IMG/VR virus record: IMGVR_UViG_3300036830_000277 | Span: 1-60,531 of that record | Length of the DNA stretch: 60,531 nucleotides | Source of the DNA: a virus | Taxonomy: Duplodnaviria; Caudoviricetes | Strand: one strand, 5' to 3' | Part shown: piece by piece, positions 48,032 to 57,046 of the stretch | Position numbering within the stretch: position 1 is the first letter of the stretch | Layout of the letters: every line of letters begins with the position of its first letter | The notes under the pieces: generated by a model | Seen by the model: the letters and a program-made list of their open reading frames with translations, nothing else | What the model was told of the DNA's origin: nothing | The model's database searches: none | Position numbers and translations under genes: made by a program

Positions 48032-49515
48032 CCCCGAACCGTTCGCGGATCGATGAGTGGGGGAAGAAGGGCGAATCGCTCGTGGCCTGTTACCACGAGC
48101 CGAAGCGCCGCCGCTTCATCGTGGAATGGTATCCGACGAGCGGGAAACCGCGCCGGCAGACCTTTCCGTACGCCCCGGGCCAGCAGGCGCAGGCGCGACG
48201 CGAGGCCAAGGTGTTCGGCGCCGAGATGGCGCTCAGTCGCGGTGTCATCGTGCACCCCGACGTGCCGGAAACCACCCACGCGATGTATGAGCGGTTCGTG
48301 AAGGCGATGGAGTCGGCCTGGCGCCCAGCGACGCGCACGTCGAATAGTTACCGATGGAAGCTGTGGGAGGCGTTCTACAAGCCGCAGACCGAGCCGAACC
48401 TGGTGACCGAGGACATCCTCGATGATTTCCTCGCACGGCTGCGGGTCACGAAGACCTCAGCGTACCAGATCCGGCAGGTGTTCGCGCTGCTGCGCGCGGT
48501 GTACCGGCTCGGCGTCCGGCGGAAATGGCTCGTCGCCGCGGCGCCGCTCACCTACGAGCTGCGGCTCGGCAAGGACGAGGTCGCCAACGATCCTGAGGAG
48601 TACCATCCGTCGGAGTGGACCGCGCTGCTCAACCATATCCCGGACGACGTCCACGGCTGGCGGCTCCGCGTGGCCATCCTACTGGCCGGGGCGCAGGGTG
48701 CGCGGATCAACTCGATCACGCACCTGCGCTGGTCGGACGTCGATGCCGAGTCTAACGAGATCCGCTGGCCGGCGGCGTTCATGAAGCAGGGTCGGGAATT
48801 CGCGCAGCCGATGACGCCGGTCGCGGTCGAGGCATTGAACGTCGCCTGGCGTTGGCGGCGGCAACTCGGATACACCGGCGACTGGGTGCTCCCCGTCGTC
48901 CGATTCGGGACCGTCGACGCGCCGGTCAAGTACCAGACCCTCCATACCGCGTTGGTCAAAGCCGAGACGCGCGCGGGATTGACGCACAAGGGACTGCGAG
49001 CATTTCACGGCTTGCGGCGGATGGCGGCCGAGAACGTCTACGGCCAGAGCAACGACATGCTGATGGCCGCGGCGTGGATCGGCGACCGGGATGTGAAGCA
49101 GTTGCGGAGCTACTTGAAGCGGCGGGACGAGCGACTGGACGGGGCAGCGAAAGCGGCGGGAGAAACATCGTCGGCGATGGTGCACCATACCCACAACCAT
49201 ACCCAAGAATCGCCGAGTGCCCGCAAACCCAGTCAGGACAAGAGCCACTGGTCGGAATTGAACCGACGACCGCAACAATCTGAACCACCTGCCAAACCAA
49301 CTGAAACCGGCATATATCAAGGGGTCGACGGCTCCGAAACCCACCTTTCGGAATCCCGAACCGCCCCCGAATCGCTCGTTTCACCATACCCGGAACCATA
49401 CCCAGACCCGGCGTCCACCTCGGATGCCGAGGGGTCTGACCGCACCTCAAATCCGCACCTGAATTCGACGACGGCAACAGTTCCGAATCGGGCCGCGGGC
49501 GAGGCATCCGAATGA
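48028..49515 (+). CDS. int: Tyrosine integrase with long disordered C-terminal tail containing attP
   Basis: GARINS..LRWSDVD, FHGLRR, WIGD...QLRSY (catalytic Tyr near residue 362). Confidence 0.92.
   Translation: MTPNRSRIDEWGKKGESLVACYHEPKRRRFIVEWYPTSGKPRRQTFPYAPGQQAQARREAKVFGAEMALSRGVIVHPDVPETTHAMYERFVKAMESAWRPATRTSNSYRWKLWEAFYKPQTEPNLVTEDILDDFLARLRVTKTSAYQIRQVFALLRAVYRLGVRRKWLVAAAPLTYELRLGKDEVANDPEEYHPSEWTALLNHIPDDVHGWRLRVAILLAGAQGARINSITHLRWSDVDAESNEIRWPAAFMKQGREFAQPMTPVAVEALNVAWRWRRQLGYTGDWVLPVVRFGTVDAPVKYQTLHTALVKAETRAGLTHKGLRAFHGLRRMAAENVYGQSNDMLMAAAWIGDRDVKQLRSYLKRRDERLDGAAKAAGETSSAMVHHTHNHTQESPSARKPSQDKSHWSELNRRPQQSEPPAKPTETGIYQGVDGSETHLSESRTAPESLVSPYPEPYPDPASTSDAEGSDRTSNPHLNSTTATVPNRAAGEASE
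49184..49403. other. attP: attP: tRNA 3'-end core (49242-49273) flanked by paired ACCATACCC arm repeats
   Basis: Minus strand GCGGTCGTCGGTTCAATTCCGACCAGTGGCTC is a T-arm plus acceptor 3' strand; ACCATACCC at 49184, 49196, 49383, 49395. Confidence 0.88.
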
Positions 49516-50012
49516 GGCTCCCGGCGCTGTCTCTGACGCAGCCCTGGGCGTCGCTTGTCGCGCTCGGAATCAAGTCGTGCGAGACCCGTTCTTGGCCGAC
49601 CCGGGTTCAGGGGCGCATCGCCATCCATGCCGCGAAGGGATACCCCGGTTGGGCGAAGGAGTTCCGGGAAGACCTCCAAGAGGATCGCGGCATCGCGTTG
49701 CTCGATCCCCTGCCCCTCGGATCGATCGTCGCCGTGGCGCGCCTGCTCCGTTGCGATTCAACCAATGACCCGATGGCGATTCCAACGGACCCGATCGAAC
49801 AGGAATGCGGCGACTACTCGCCCGATCGGTTCGTCTTCCGCCTCGGCAACGTGGTCAGTCTTACGACGCCGATTCCGATTCGCGGGGCGCTCGGATTCTG
49901 GCCTGTCCCCGACGATGTGATTGCGGAAATCGGCCGGCAAATCGGCCCCAAATCTTCGCACCCGCTCGGGGGCTCCGCGCCTCAAACCCACCAAGAGGAG
50001 TTTGTCCTGTGA
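49512..50012 (+). CDS. ASCH-domain protein
   Basis: ALSLTQPWASLVALGIKSCETRSW...IAIHAAK...PIRGALGFW. Confidence 0.9.
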   Translation: MRLPALSLTQPWASLVALGIKSCETRSWPTRVQGRIAIHAAKGYPGWAKEFREDLQEDRGIALLDPLPLGSIVAVARLLRCDSTNDPMAIPTDPIEQECGDYSPDRFVFRLGNVVSLTTPIPIRGALGFWPVPDDVIAEIGRQIGPKSSHPLGGSAPQTHQEEFVL

Positions 50013-50278
50013 TAGAGCTCGGATCGAAGTGCCGTGACCGGATGACGGGTTTCGAGGGGATCGCCATCGGTCGTCATGAATACCTCTATGGCTGCACGCG
50101 GTTCAGCGTCCAGCCACTCGAATTGAAGGACGGCAAACCTCAGGAGAGCCAAGCCTTCGACGAGCCACAGCTCGAGGTCTTCCAGGTCGCGGCCTTTGTC
50201 CCGGTTCGCCCTCAAGCCGTGCCTCCCGGTGGACCGCGCGACGACCTCCGCCGCACGCATTCCGTGGACGGGCGCTAG
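50009..50278 (+). CDS. Phage hypothetical protein
   Basis: GAGGAG RBS; LG.KCRD..TGFEG...YLYGC. Confidence 0.7.
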   Translation: MIELGSKCRDRMTGFEGIAIGRHEYLYGCTRFSVQPLELKDGKPQESQAFDEPQLEVFQVAAFVPVRPQAVPPGGPRDDLRRTHSVDGR

Positions 50279-50279
50279 C

Positions 50280-50855
50280 GTGATCACCACGTTCACTCCC
50301 CTCGGCTTCTTCCTGCTGATCATCGTCGCGGCCGCCCTCGGCTGCTGGCTCTTCTCCGCCCTGTCTGGCGCCCACAGGGACTCGCGGATGCTGCGCGCCA
50401 CTCTCGCCACACTCTCGAAAAGGATGGACGACGTGAATTCTGGGATGGACCACCTCAACTCGGCCGACAAGAACATTGGAACGGCCGTCACTACCGCGAT
50501 CAACACCTTCAAGGATCTGGCGAGCCACCTCGGCGACCCGGATGCTGATGTCGAGGCGATCGCCGGCGACATCCAGTCGAAGGCCGACGAGCTCAACGCG
50601 ATCTTCGCGGCTCCGATCGGCACGACGCCGGCGCCGGTCCTGACGGCAACCCCGTCGACGCTCGGCGTCTCGGTCGGCAACTCGGCCGCGATTGCAACCC
50701 AGAACCCGGCCGGTGCGCTGACGTTCGCATCCGCCGATCCGACCATCGCGACGGTCGATGGCAACGGCAACGTGACTGGTGTCCTGGCCGGCTCGACGTC
50801 GATCAGCATCACGGATGGCACCACGACGGTCAGCGTGGCGGTCACCGTCAGCTGA
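50280..50855 (+). CDS. Membrane-anchored protein with C-terminal Ig-like (Big_2) domain
   Basis: N-terminal TM; FASADPTIATVDGNGNVTGVLAGSTSISIT. Confidence 0.8.
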   Translation: MITTFTPLGFFLLIIVAAALGCWLFSALSGAHRDSRMLRATLATLSKRMDDVNSGMDHLNSADKNIGTAVTTAINTFKDLASHLGDPDADVEAIAGDIQSKADELNAIFAAPIGTTPAPVLTATPSTLGVSVGNSAAIATQNPAGALTFASADPTIATVDGNGNVTGVLAGSTSISITDGTTTVSVAVTVS

Positions 50856-50924
50856 AGTAGAGCGAAGCGGAAGCATGAACGCAGGACGGTGCGCCGGGCT
50901 TGATCATGGCGCGGTGCACCCCTC

Positions 50925-50996
50925 GCTCCTGTAGCTCAGCGGTAGAGCAGCGCACTCGTAACGCGCAGGTCGCCCGTTCGATTCGGGCCGGGAGCT
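50925..50996 (+). tRNA. tRNA-Thr(CGT), CCA not encoded
   Basis: Acceptor GCTCCTG/CGGGAGC, D arm TAGCTCAGCGGTAGAGC, anticodon loop CTCGTAA, T loop TTCGATT. Confidence 0.93.
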
Positions 50997-51015
50997 TCAC
51001 GGGGAGGACAGAGAA

Positions 51016-51369
51016 ATGGGCTGGTCGATCGGTTACGACAGGCGATGGAATCGGGACATTGGATATGGCGTGCCAGCGACGTGCGATCATCCGGGCTGCA
51101 ACGCGGAGATCGACCGTGGCCTCGCCTACGTCTGCTGTGATCAGCAGCCCTACGGAGGGGACAAGGGATGCGGGCTCTACTTCTGCTATGACCATCGTTC
51201 AGGTGCGCTCGGCCGATGCGCTCGCTGCATGAAGTACCGGAAGCCCTTCAAGCCCACGCCCGACACGCGCGAATGGATGGAGCATAAGTTGACCGATGAC
51301 AGCTGGGCAGCGTGGCGAGCGGAGAATCCGGATGACGTTGCCGCGATTCGTAACGAGATGGCGAAATGA
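51016..51369 (+). CDS. Cys/His-rich phage protein
   Basis: RDIGYGVPATCDHPGC...GCGLYFC..H; GAGGA RBS. Confidence 0.75.
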   Translation: MGWSIGYDRRWNRDIGYGVPATCDHPGCNAEIDRGLAYVCCDQQPYGGDKGCGLYFCYDHRSGALGRCARCMKYRKPFKPTPDTREWMEHKLTDDSWAAWRAENPDDVAAIRNEMAK

Positions 51370-51532
51370 TCCTCCTCGGCCCACTGGTCTACCTCGCTAT
51401 CGCCCTCTGGCATTACGGGTGGTACCGAGAAACCCACGAAGGTGTATCGACGTGGGTCGACATCGCGATCTCAATCGGCTGGTTCCCGTTCTGGTGCTAC
51501 CTGCTCTGGCGCCTCTTCCTGGCGAGGTCGAA

Positions 51533-51817
51533 ATGAGCGACGAGATCTCGATGATCCGCCATTTCGGCGACGTCTCCGATCTTGAGCGATGCCGGGTCGG
51601 TGCGTTCTGCTGGCGTCCCTCCGACAAGGCCGGCGCACGGGTGCTCCTCGTGATCGCGCCGCTGGTTGGTCTCGTGAGATTGCCAGTCAATGACGGGGGC
51701 ACTTGGACTTGGGACCGCAATGAGGATCGGCCGACGATTACGCCGTCGATCCGCGTCGGTCAGGGTGACCGCCAATGGCACGGTAGCATCAGCGCCGGAA
51801 ACTTGGTGAAGGCATGA
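51533..51817 (+). CDS. DUF6527-like protein
   Basis: WTWDRNEDRPTITPSI...WHG.I..G. Confidence 0.6.
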   Translation: MSDEISMIRHFGDVSDLERCRVGAFCWRPSDKAGARVLLVIAPLVGLVRLPVNDGGTWTWDRNEDRPTITPSIRVGQGDRQWHGSISAGNLVKA

Positions 51818-51847
51818 ACGGCCCGGCTCAGCAAGAGGGAGCGACGA

Positions 51848-52129
51848 ATGGCTAAGAGGCGCCTTCACACTTTCTGGCAACGGCACCCCATGGCCCGCAA
51901 CGCGGTCGCGTGGTTCCTACTCTTTATGATCGGGACGCCGCTCGCGATTGCGGCGGCTACGGGCCGTGAACTCTGGCGGGCGTGGAGGAACTTCCATCTC
52001 GTCCGCGAGGTCGAGCACGAATTGTCGGAGAATCGCTATGCATATCGGCGCGTCAAGACCCAGAAGACGGCGCGGGAAGAGTTCGCGGACCGCTTGCGCA
52101 AAGGCAGCGCAGTGAAGGAGTGCCAGTGA
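51848..52129 (+). CDS. Single-TM hypothetical protein
   Basis: GGAG RBS, one TM segment. Confidence 0.6.
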   Translation: MAKRRLHTFWQRHPMARNAVAWFLLFMIGTPLAIAAATGRELWRAWRNFHLVREVEHELSENRYAYRRVKTQKTAREEFADRLRKGSAVKECQ

Positions 52130-52368
52130 TCGTGGAACTCCGCGGCGGTCCGCGCGATGGCGACCGCGTGATGGTCGGCGAGAACGCGCAATTCCTCTAC
52201 GCCGCGCGCATGGCGAACGGCACGAAGGCATGGATCTCCCTCAGCGGTGACCCATTGGCAGCGCGACCGCCAGCCGGGGCAGAGCGCTACGAGCGGACGG
52301 TGGATCTCACTGGCCAGAAGGATGCCTTCGTCTGGCGTCCGGCTTCTGAACCAACGGGTGAACGATGA
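52126..52368 (+). CDS. Hypothetical protein
   Basis: AAGGAG RBS; LRGGPRDG. Confidence 0.6.
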   Translation: MIVELRGGPRDGDRVMVGENAQFLYAARMANGTKAWISLSGDPLAARPPAGAERYERTVDLTGQKDAFVWRPASEPTGER

Positions 52369-52676
52369 GCCGTCGCAAGCGGTGGCGTTGCTTTCACTGC
52401 GACGCCGTATTCACGAATCAGCGGGATGCCTCCGAACACTTCGGGGGCCACCAGGGAGAGCTCGCCGGCTGCCAGATCAAGGGGCACGAGAACGCGCTGC
52501 TTCGAATCATTCGAGATCAGCAGCTCGAGCTCTCCGTCCTTCGCGCAGAAGACGGCCAGTTCATCCGCGCGATGATGTCGATGCAGGTCGATCACGCTCA
52601 AGCGGTTAGGAAAGCGGAAGAGGCTGGCTACGACAAGGGCGTGCGTGACATGGCTTCCAAGGTCGGCAGCGCATGA
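52365..52676 (+). CDS. C2H2-like zinc-finger coiled-coil protein
   Basis: WRCFHCDAVF.....ASEHFG. Confidence 0.65.
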   Translation: MSRRKRWRCFHCDAVFTNQRDASEHFGGHQGELAGCQIKGHENALLRIIRDQQLELSVLRAEDGQFIRAMMSMQVDHAQAVRKAEEAGYDKGVRDMASKVGSA

Positions 52677-53176
52677 CCGCGAAAAAGAAGTCGAGCCTCC
52701 CGGCCACGCTCGTGATGTGCGACGGCGGCGTTCTCTGCCAGCGCTGCTGGAAGGTCGAGCGGATGCCCACGCCGATGCCGATGGAAGCGATGCAGCACTG
52801 GTTCGCGTACATCGGCGAGCTGCATCGCAACTGCGAGATCCGTCCCGCACCGCCACCACCGCGGACGCCTGAAGAATGGCTCGCGAGCCACGACACGGGG
52901 ACGAGCTCGAAGACGATCTATCGGCACATGATGGGGCTGCCGCAGAGCTCGACGAGAATCGGATATCCGCACGATCCTGACGACTTCGGACGCTGCTTTC
53001 GGCTGCTCAGACTCATGCCGGCGTGGCGCGATCGTATCGGTGAGATGGCAGCATACGGGCGAGTCTGGAACGCGCTGGCGCAGCATTGGGCGAACTTCAC
53101 CGAACTCTATCTCGAGGAGCTGCCATCCGGCAGCTGCCCGAAACTCTATGCACGCATGAAGGAACTGGGCGCATGA
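52673..53176 (+). CDS. Phage hypothetical protein
   Basis: WL...DTGTSSKTI...PHDPDDFGRC. Confidence 0.7.
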   Translation: MTAKKKSSLPATLVMCDGGVLCQRCWKVERMPTPMPMEAMQHWFAYIGELHRNCEIRPAPPPPRTPEEWLASHDTGTSSKTIYRHMMGLPQSSTRIGYPHDPDDFGRCFRLLRLMPAWRDRIGEMAAYGRVWNALAQHWANFTELYLEELPSGSCPKLYARMKELGA

Positions 53177-53442
53177 GCAAATCCAGCACGGCCAAGCACA
53201 TCGTCACCGAAAGCCGGGACAAGCTCCTGGTCCAGCTTGGACTCCACGCGCTCCAGTTGGAATACGTGCGGGAGCATCCGGAGTGCCGGGAAACGCTGGC
53301 GACGGCTCGGAACAACTACAGCATCGCGCTCGCCGCGGTGCGGCAATACGACGTGGTCGCGAAGGCGCTGCGCGCGGGCCCATTTCGACCGGACCGAACG
53401 TCGGACGTCGACATGCCGGCCAACCTTGAGGTGTCCCGATGA
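53173..53442 (+). CDS. Hypothetical protein
   Basis: ATGA coupling on both sides. Confidence 0.55.
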   Translation: MSKSSTAKHIVTESRDKLLVQLGLHALQLEYVREHPECRETLATARNNYSIALAAVRQYDVVAKALRAGPFRPDRTSDVDMPANLEVSR

Positions 53443-55286
53443 CCGGTCTTCGCATCAGTCCCGATCTGGATCTCCCGACCGATGTCGTGACGTCGACCAG
53501 CGTTGTCTTTGGCGGCAAGGGGATGGGCAAGACAAACCTCGGCAGCGTGCTGGTCGAGGAGCTGACGAAGCGCCGGCTACGCTGGGCGTTCCTCGACCCG
53601 ATGGGTGTCGCCTGGGGACTGCGGCACTCGAAAGACGGCAAAGGCCCCGGGATCGAGTGCGTCATCCTCGGCGGGATCCACGGCGACATCCCGATCGAGC
53701 CAACGTCAGGCGACGTCGTCGCGGATCTCGTCGTCGACGAGCCGGTGAATACGATCATCGACTTCTCCCGCAACGCCGCCGGCGTCCCGTGGTCGAAGGG
53801 CGAGAAGATCAAGTTCGTGACCGCGTACGTGAACCGGCTGTTCCGCCGGCAGGGCGAGATGATCGGCCGCGAGCGTCGCGAACCGCTACTGCAGATCATC
53901 GACGAGGCGGCGCGCTACATCCCCCAGGTGATTCCGCACGGCGATCCGGGTCTCGCGCAATGTGTCGGCGCTTGGGAACAGGCCGCCGAAGAGGGGCGCA
54001 ACATCGGGCTCGGTGTCTGCTTCCTCACCCAGCGGTCGGCCCGCATCAATAAGAGCGTCTCCGAGCTCGCCGACGTGATGTTCGCCTTTCGCACGGTCGG
54101 GCCCAACTCGGTCGATGCCATCATCGACTGGCTGGGGGAGCATATGGAGAAGACCCGGGCGCGCGAGCTCGCCGGGAAGATCCGCGAGCTCGACGTCGGG
54201 CAATGCCTGGTGGTGTCGCCGGGCTGGCTCAAGGTCAGCGATCGCGTGGTCCAGATCCGCGAGCGTGAGACCTTCGACTCGAGCGCGACACCGAAGCCCG
54301 GTGAACGCTCGCGCCGTGTCAGCGGTCAGGCCGCAAAGCCGGATCTGGCGAAGTATCAGGCGCGGATGGCCGAGACGATCGAGAAGGCGAAGGCCGACGA
54401 CCCGAAGATCCTGCGGTCACGGATTGCGGCGCTGGAAAAACAGGTGGCCACTGGACAGTCCAGCAAGGCTGGACAAACCAGCGCGCCGGCGAAGATCGAA
54501 GTAAAGGTCGTCGAGAAGCCGGTCTTCGCGCCGAACGACATCGCCGCGCTGGAGCGGCTCGTCGATCGAGTGGTCCAGGAACGCGCCGGCATCGCCGATC
54601 GCTGGGGCAAGTTGGAAAACGGGCTCTCCGTGCTGGTCGCGATCGCGAAGAAGATGGTGGACGAAAAACATTCCCACTCTATCGCGCGGAATATTCCAAA
54701 TCGGCCGGTAGTCTCGACGTCGCAACAGGTTACTCCTCCCCGTCCGGTGGCGCAGATCGCGCCGCGAAAGGTGCCGGCCGTTCCATCCGACAGCGGCGAC
54801 GCCGCGTTCACCCCCGCGATGCGCCGCGTCCTGGATGCGGTTGCGTGGTGGGAGGCGGCAGGCGTTGAGCAACCGACCCGTCATCAGGTCGCGTTCGTGG
54901 CTCGATATACGGTGAACGGACATTTCAACAACCTCGTCGGCGCGCTGCGGACCTGCGGGCTCGTGCACTATCCAGGCGGCGCCACCATCGCCCTGACGCC
55001 GGATGGCCGCGGAGCGGCGATGGCGCCAGCTGCCGCTCCAACCCGCGACGAGCTGATCGACCGGGTCACGACCGTGCTGAAGGGCGAATCGGTCCGGAAG
55101 ATCTTCGCCGTCGTGGTCGAGGCCTCGCCAAATGCGATCGCACGGTCCGAACTCGCCGAGCGCACCGGCTATACGGTCAACGGGCATTTCAACAACATGG
55201 TGGGAAGCCTCAAGTCGCTCGGGGTCATCGATTACCCCGGCAACGCGACCGTGGTGCTGTCCGATCTCTTTGAGGCCGTCTCGTGA
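53439..55286 (+). CDS. HerA/DUF87-like P-loop ATPase with duplicated C-terminal winged helices
   Basis: GGKGMGKT, LDPMG, IIDEA, GRNIGLG..TQR; YTVNGHFNN twice. Confidence 0.85.
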   Translation: MTGLRISPDLDLPTDVVTSTSVVFGGKGMGKTNLGSVLVEELTKRRLRWAFLDPMGVAWGLRHSKDGKGPGIECVILGGIHGDIPIEPTSGDVVADLVVDEPVNTIIDFSRNAAGVPWSKGEKIKFVTAYVNRLFRRQGEMIGRERREPLLQIIDEAARYIPQVIPHGDPGLAQCVGAWEQAAEEGRNIGLGVCFLTQRSARINKSVSELADVMFAFRTVGPNSVDAIIDWLGEHMEKTRARELAGKIRELDVGQCLVVSPGWLKVSDRVVQIRERETFDSSATPKPGERSRRVSGQAAKPDLAKYQARMAETIEKAKADDPKILRSRIAALEKQVATGQSSKAGQTSAPAKIEVKVVEKPVFAPNDIAALERLVDRVVQERAGIADRWGKLENGLSVLVAIAKKMVDEKHSHSIARNIPNRPVVSTSQQVTPPRPVAQIAPRKVPAVPSDSGDAAFTPAMRRVLDAVAWWEAAGVEQPTRHQVAFVARYTVNGHFNNLVGALRTCGLVHYPGGATIALTPDGRGAAMAPAAAPTRDELIDRVTTVLKGESVRKIFAVVVEASPNAIARSELAERTGYTVNGHFNNMVGSLKSLGVIDYPGNATVVLSDLFEAVS

Positions 55287-55792
55287 TCGTGCTCGGGCTG
55301 GATCCGGGACTCGCGCATCTGGGCGCAGCAGTCGTCGATCGGGAGGCGCCGGGAAAATTCCGGCTCCTCGAGTCCGGATCGATCAACACCTCGCCCGACG
55401 ACGTGATCACCGTCCGGCTGCAGCTCCTCGCCAGTCACCTGCAGGCGCTGTTCGCGCGCAACCCCATCGACGTGGTGCTGATCGAGAAGCCAGCCATCTT
55501 GGGCAAATACGGCCGTGCGAAGGGCGATAGCTCCGAAGGCCTCGCGATCGAGCGCGGAATGACTGATTTCCATCTCGCCCGGGGCGCGATTCTGGTGACC
55601 TGTGCCAATTGCTGTCGCCGAGTGATCGAGGTGCCGGCGAATCGGTGCATGAAAGGCGACAGGGCGAAACGGAACCTGCTGGTGTTCCCGGATTTCGCGA
55701 AGCGGACGTCGGAGCATGAACGAGACGCCATCTTCTACGCGTGGGCTGCTCCGATCATTGACCTTCCGCTCCCAAAGCGGAGGGCGTCGTGA
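55283..55792 (+). CDS. ruvC: RuvC-like Holliday junction resolvase
   Basis: VLGLDPGL..LG.AVV, VLIEK, HERDA. Confidence 0.88.
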   Translation: MIVLGLDPGLAHLGAAVVDREAPGKFRLLESGSINTSPDDVITVRLQLLASHLQALFARNPIDVVLIEKPAILGKYGRAKGDSSEGLAIERGMTDFHLARGAILVTCANCCRRVIEVPANRCMKGDRAKRNLLVFPDFAKRTSEHERDAIFYAWAAPIIDLPLPKRRAS

Positions 55793-56523
55793 GTGAATTC
55801 AAGACCGAAGCCGAGCTCTGCGTGGCATTCACCGCTTGGGTTGCCCGGCGTCGTCCGGACCTGAAGTGTTACGCCGAATGCGACGGATGGGACCTGCTCA
55901 TCGTCTACCCCGACGGCACCCAGCTCGGAATTCAAGCCAAGCTCCGGCTGAACGCCGAAGTGATCATGCAGGCGGTGCCATCCGACTGGCACGGCGAGCA
56001 TGGCCCCGAGTTTCGCGCGGTCCTGGTCCCGGAGGAGCGTGGCGCATTCATCGGCCTCGCCAGACACTGCGGACTCATCGTCTTCGCCGGCCGTTCCGTC
56101 GGCCGACGGTCATGGCGTGGCGACGAATTCTGCCCTGATCTCACCCCACACAATCCCTACGGCTTGCCGTGGATCGATTGGTGCCCCGAGACGCGGTCCA
56201 CCGTCCCAGAATTCGCCACCGATTCGATTGCCGGCTCGCCATCCCCGATTACACTGACGCAATGGAAGACCGGCGCGCTGCGTGTCCTCGCCGAACTGGA
56301 AGTGGCTGGGAAGATCACGCGGCAGAAGATGCGTGCGTTGCGGGTCGATGAACGCCGCTGGATCCAGATGGGCTGGCTGAAATCGACGGAGCCGCGGGGG
56401 ACTTATGTCATCGATAAGCGGCCGCCGTTCGCCGACCAGCATCCGACTGCCTACGCCGCGATTCTCGCCGAACGTCGAGCGACCGAAGTCCGTGCACCGG
56501 TGCCGGAAGGAGCGAACGCGTGA
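55789..56523 (+). CDS. PD-(D/E)xK-like phage protein
   Basis: EAELC..F...YAEC.GWDLL....GIQAKL. Confidence 0.55.
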   Translation: MSEFKTEAELCVAFTAWVARRRPDLKCYAECDGWDLLIVYPDGTQLGIQAKLRLNAEVIMQAVPSDWHGEHGPEFRAVLVPEERGAFIGLARHCGLIVFAGRSVGRRSWRGDEFCPDLTPHNPYGLPWIDWCPETRSTVPEFATDSIAGSPSPITLTQWKTGALRVLAELEVAGKITRQKMRALRVDERRWIQMGWLKSTEPRGTYVIDKRPPFADQHPTAYAAILAERRATEVRAPVPEGANA

Positions 56524-56792
56524 CGGAACTGACCGCGGCTGACATTCGGCGGATGCATCGCGACCTCCTGCGCGCGATGTTCCCGCCCTGTAGGGGTGTT
56601 CCGCTGATCGTCAGCGGGGAACCGATCGGGAGCGAAGCCTGCGCAGCCCTCAGGGAATTCGCCAGCGAAAAACAGGGACCACTCTGGAACAAGGTGTGGA
56701 GTGGCACGCCGAAGGGTCAGGCTTACGTGCTCGACCGAGACGAGATGCTCGTGCGTGATTGGATGACGACGCCATCGGGACCGATCTCGTGA
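56520..56792 (+). CDS. Hypothetical protein
   Basis: AAGGAG RBS, GTGA coupling. Confidence 0.5.
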   Translation: MTELTAADIRRMHRDLLRAMFPPCRGVPLIVSGEPIGSEACAALREFASEKQGPLWNKVWSGTPKGQAYVLDRDEMLVRDWMTTPSGPIS

Positions 56793-57046
56793 AAGAGCGC
56801 CTCCTTCTCTTGGCGTGGGCGATCGGTATCCTCTGGCTCGGCTTCGCACTTGGCCGGATCCGCCGTCCCGATCGGCAGGCTATCGCCATCGATCGACTCT
56901 TCCCGGACGGCCAAGTCACCGATCGCAGCATCCAGCGCTACGCCGACGGGGAATGGGTCGTGACGCGGCGCACGCCGGACGACTCCGCAGTCACCTGCCC
57001 CACCCTGGCTGAAGCGATCGAGGAAGATCTGAGGCGCGGTCGATGA
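56789..57046 (+). CDS. Single-TM hypothetical protein
   Basis: LLLLAWAIGILWLGFALG. Confidence 0.55.
   Translation: MKERLLLLAWAIGILWLGFALGRIRRPDRQAIAIDRLFPDGQVTDRSIQRYADGEWVVTRRTPDDSAVTCPTLAEAIEEDLRRGR

Noticed and set aside
49242-49273. Possible second tRNA gene
   Set aside because: Only the T-arm and acceptor 3' strand are present, with no D or anticodon arm; interpreted as the attP core
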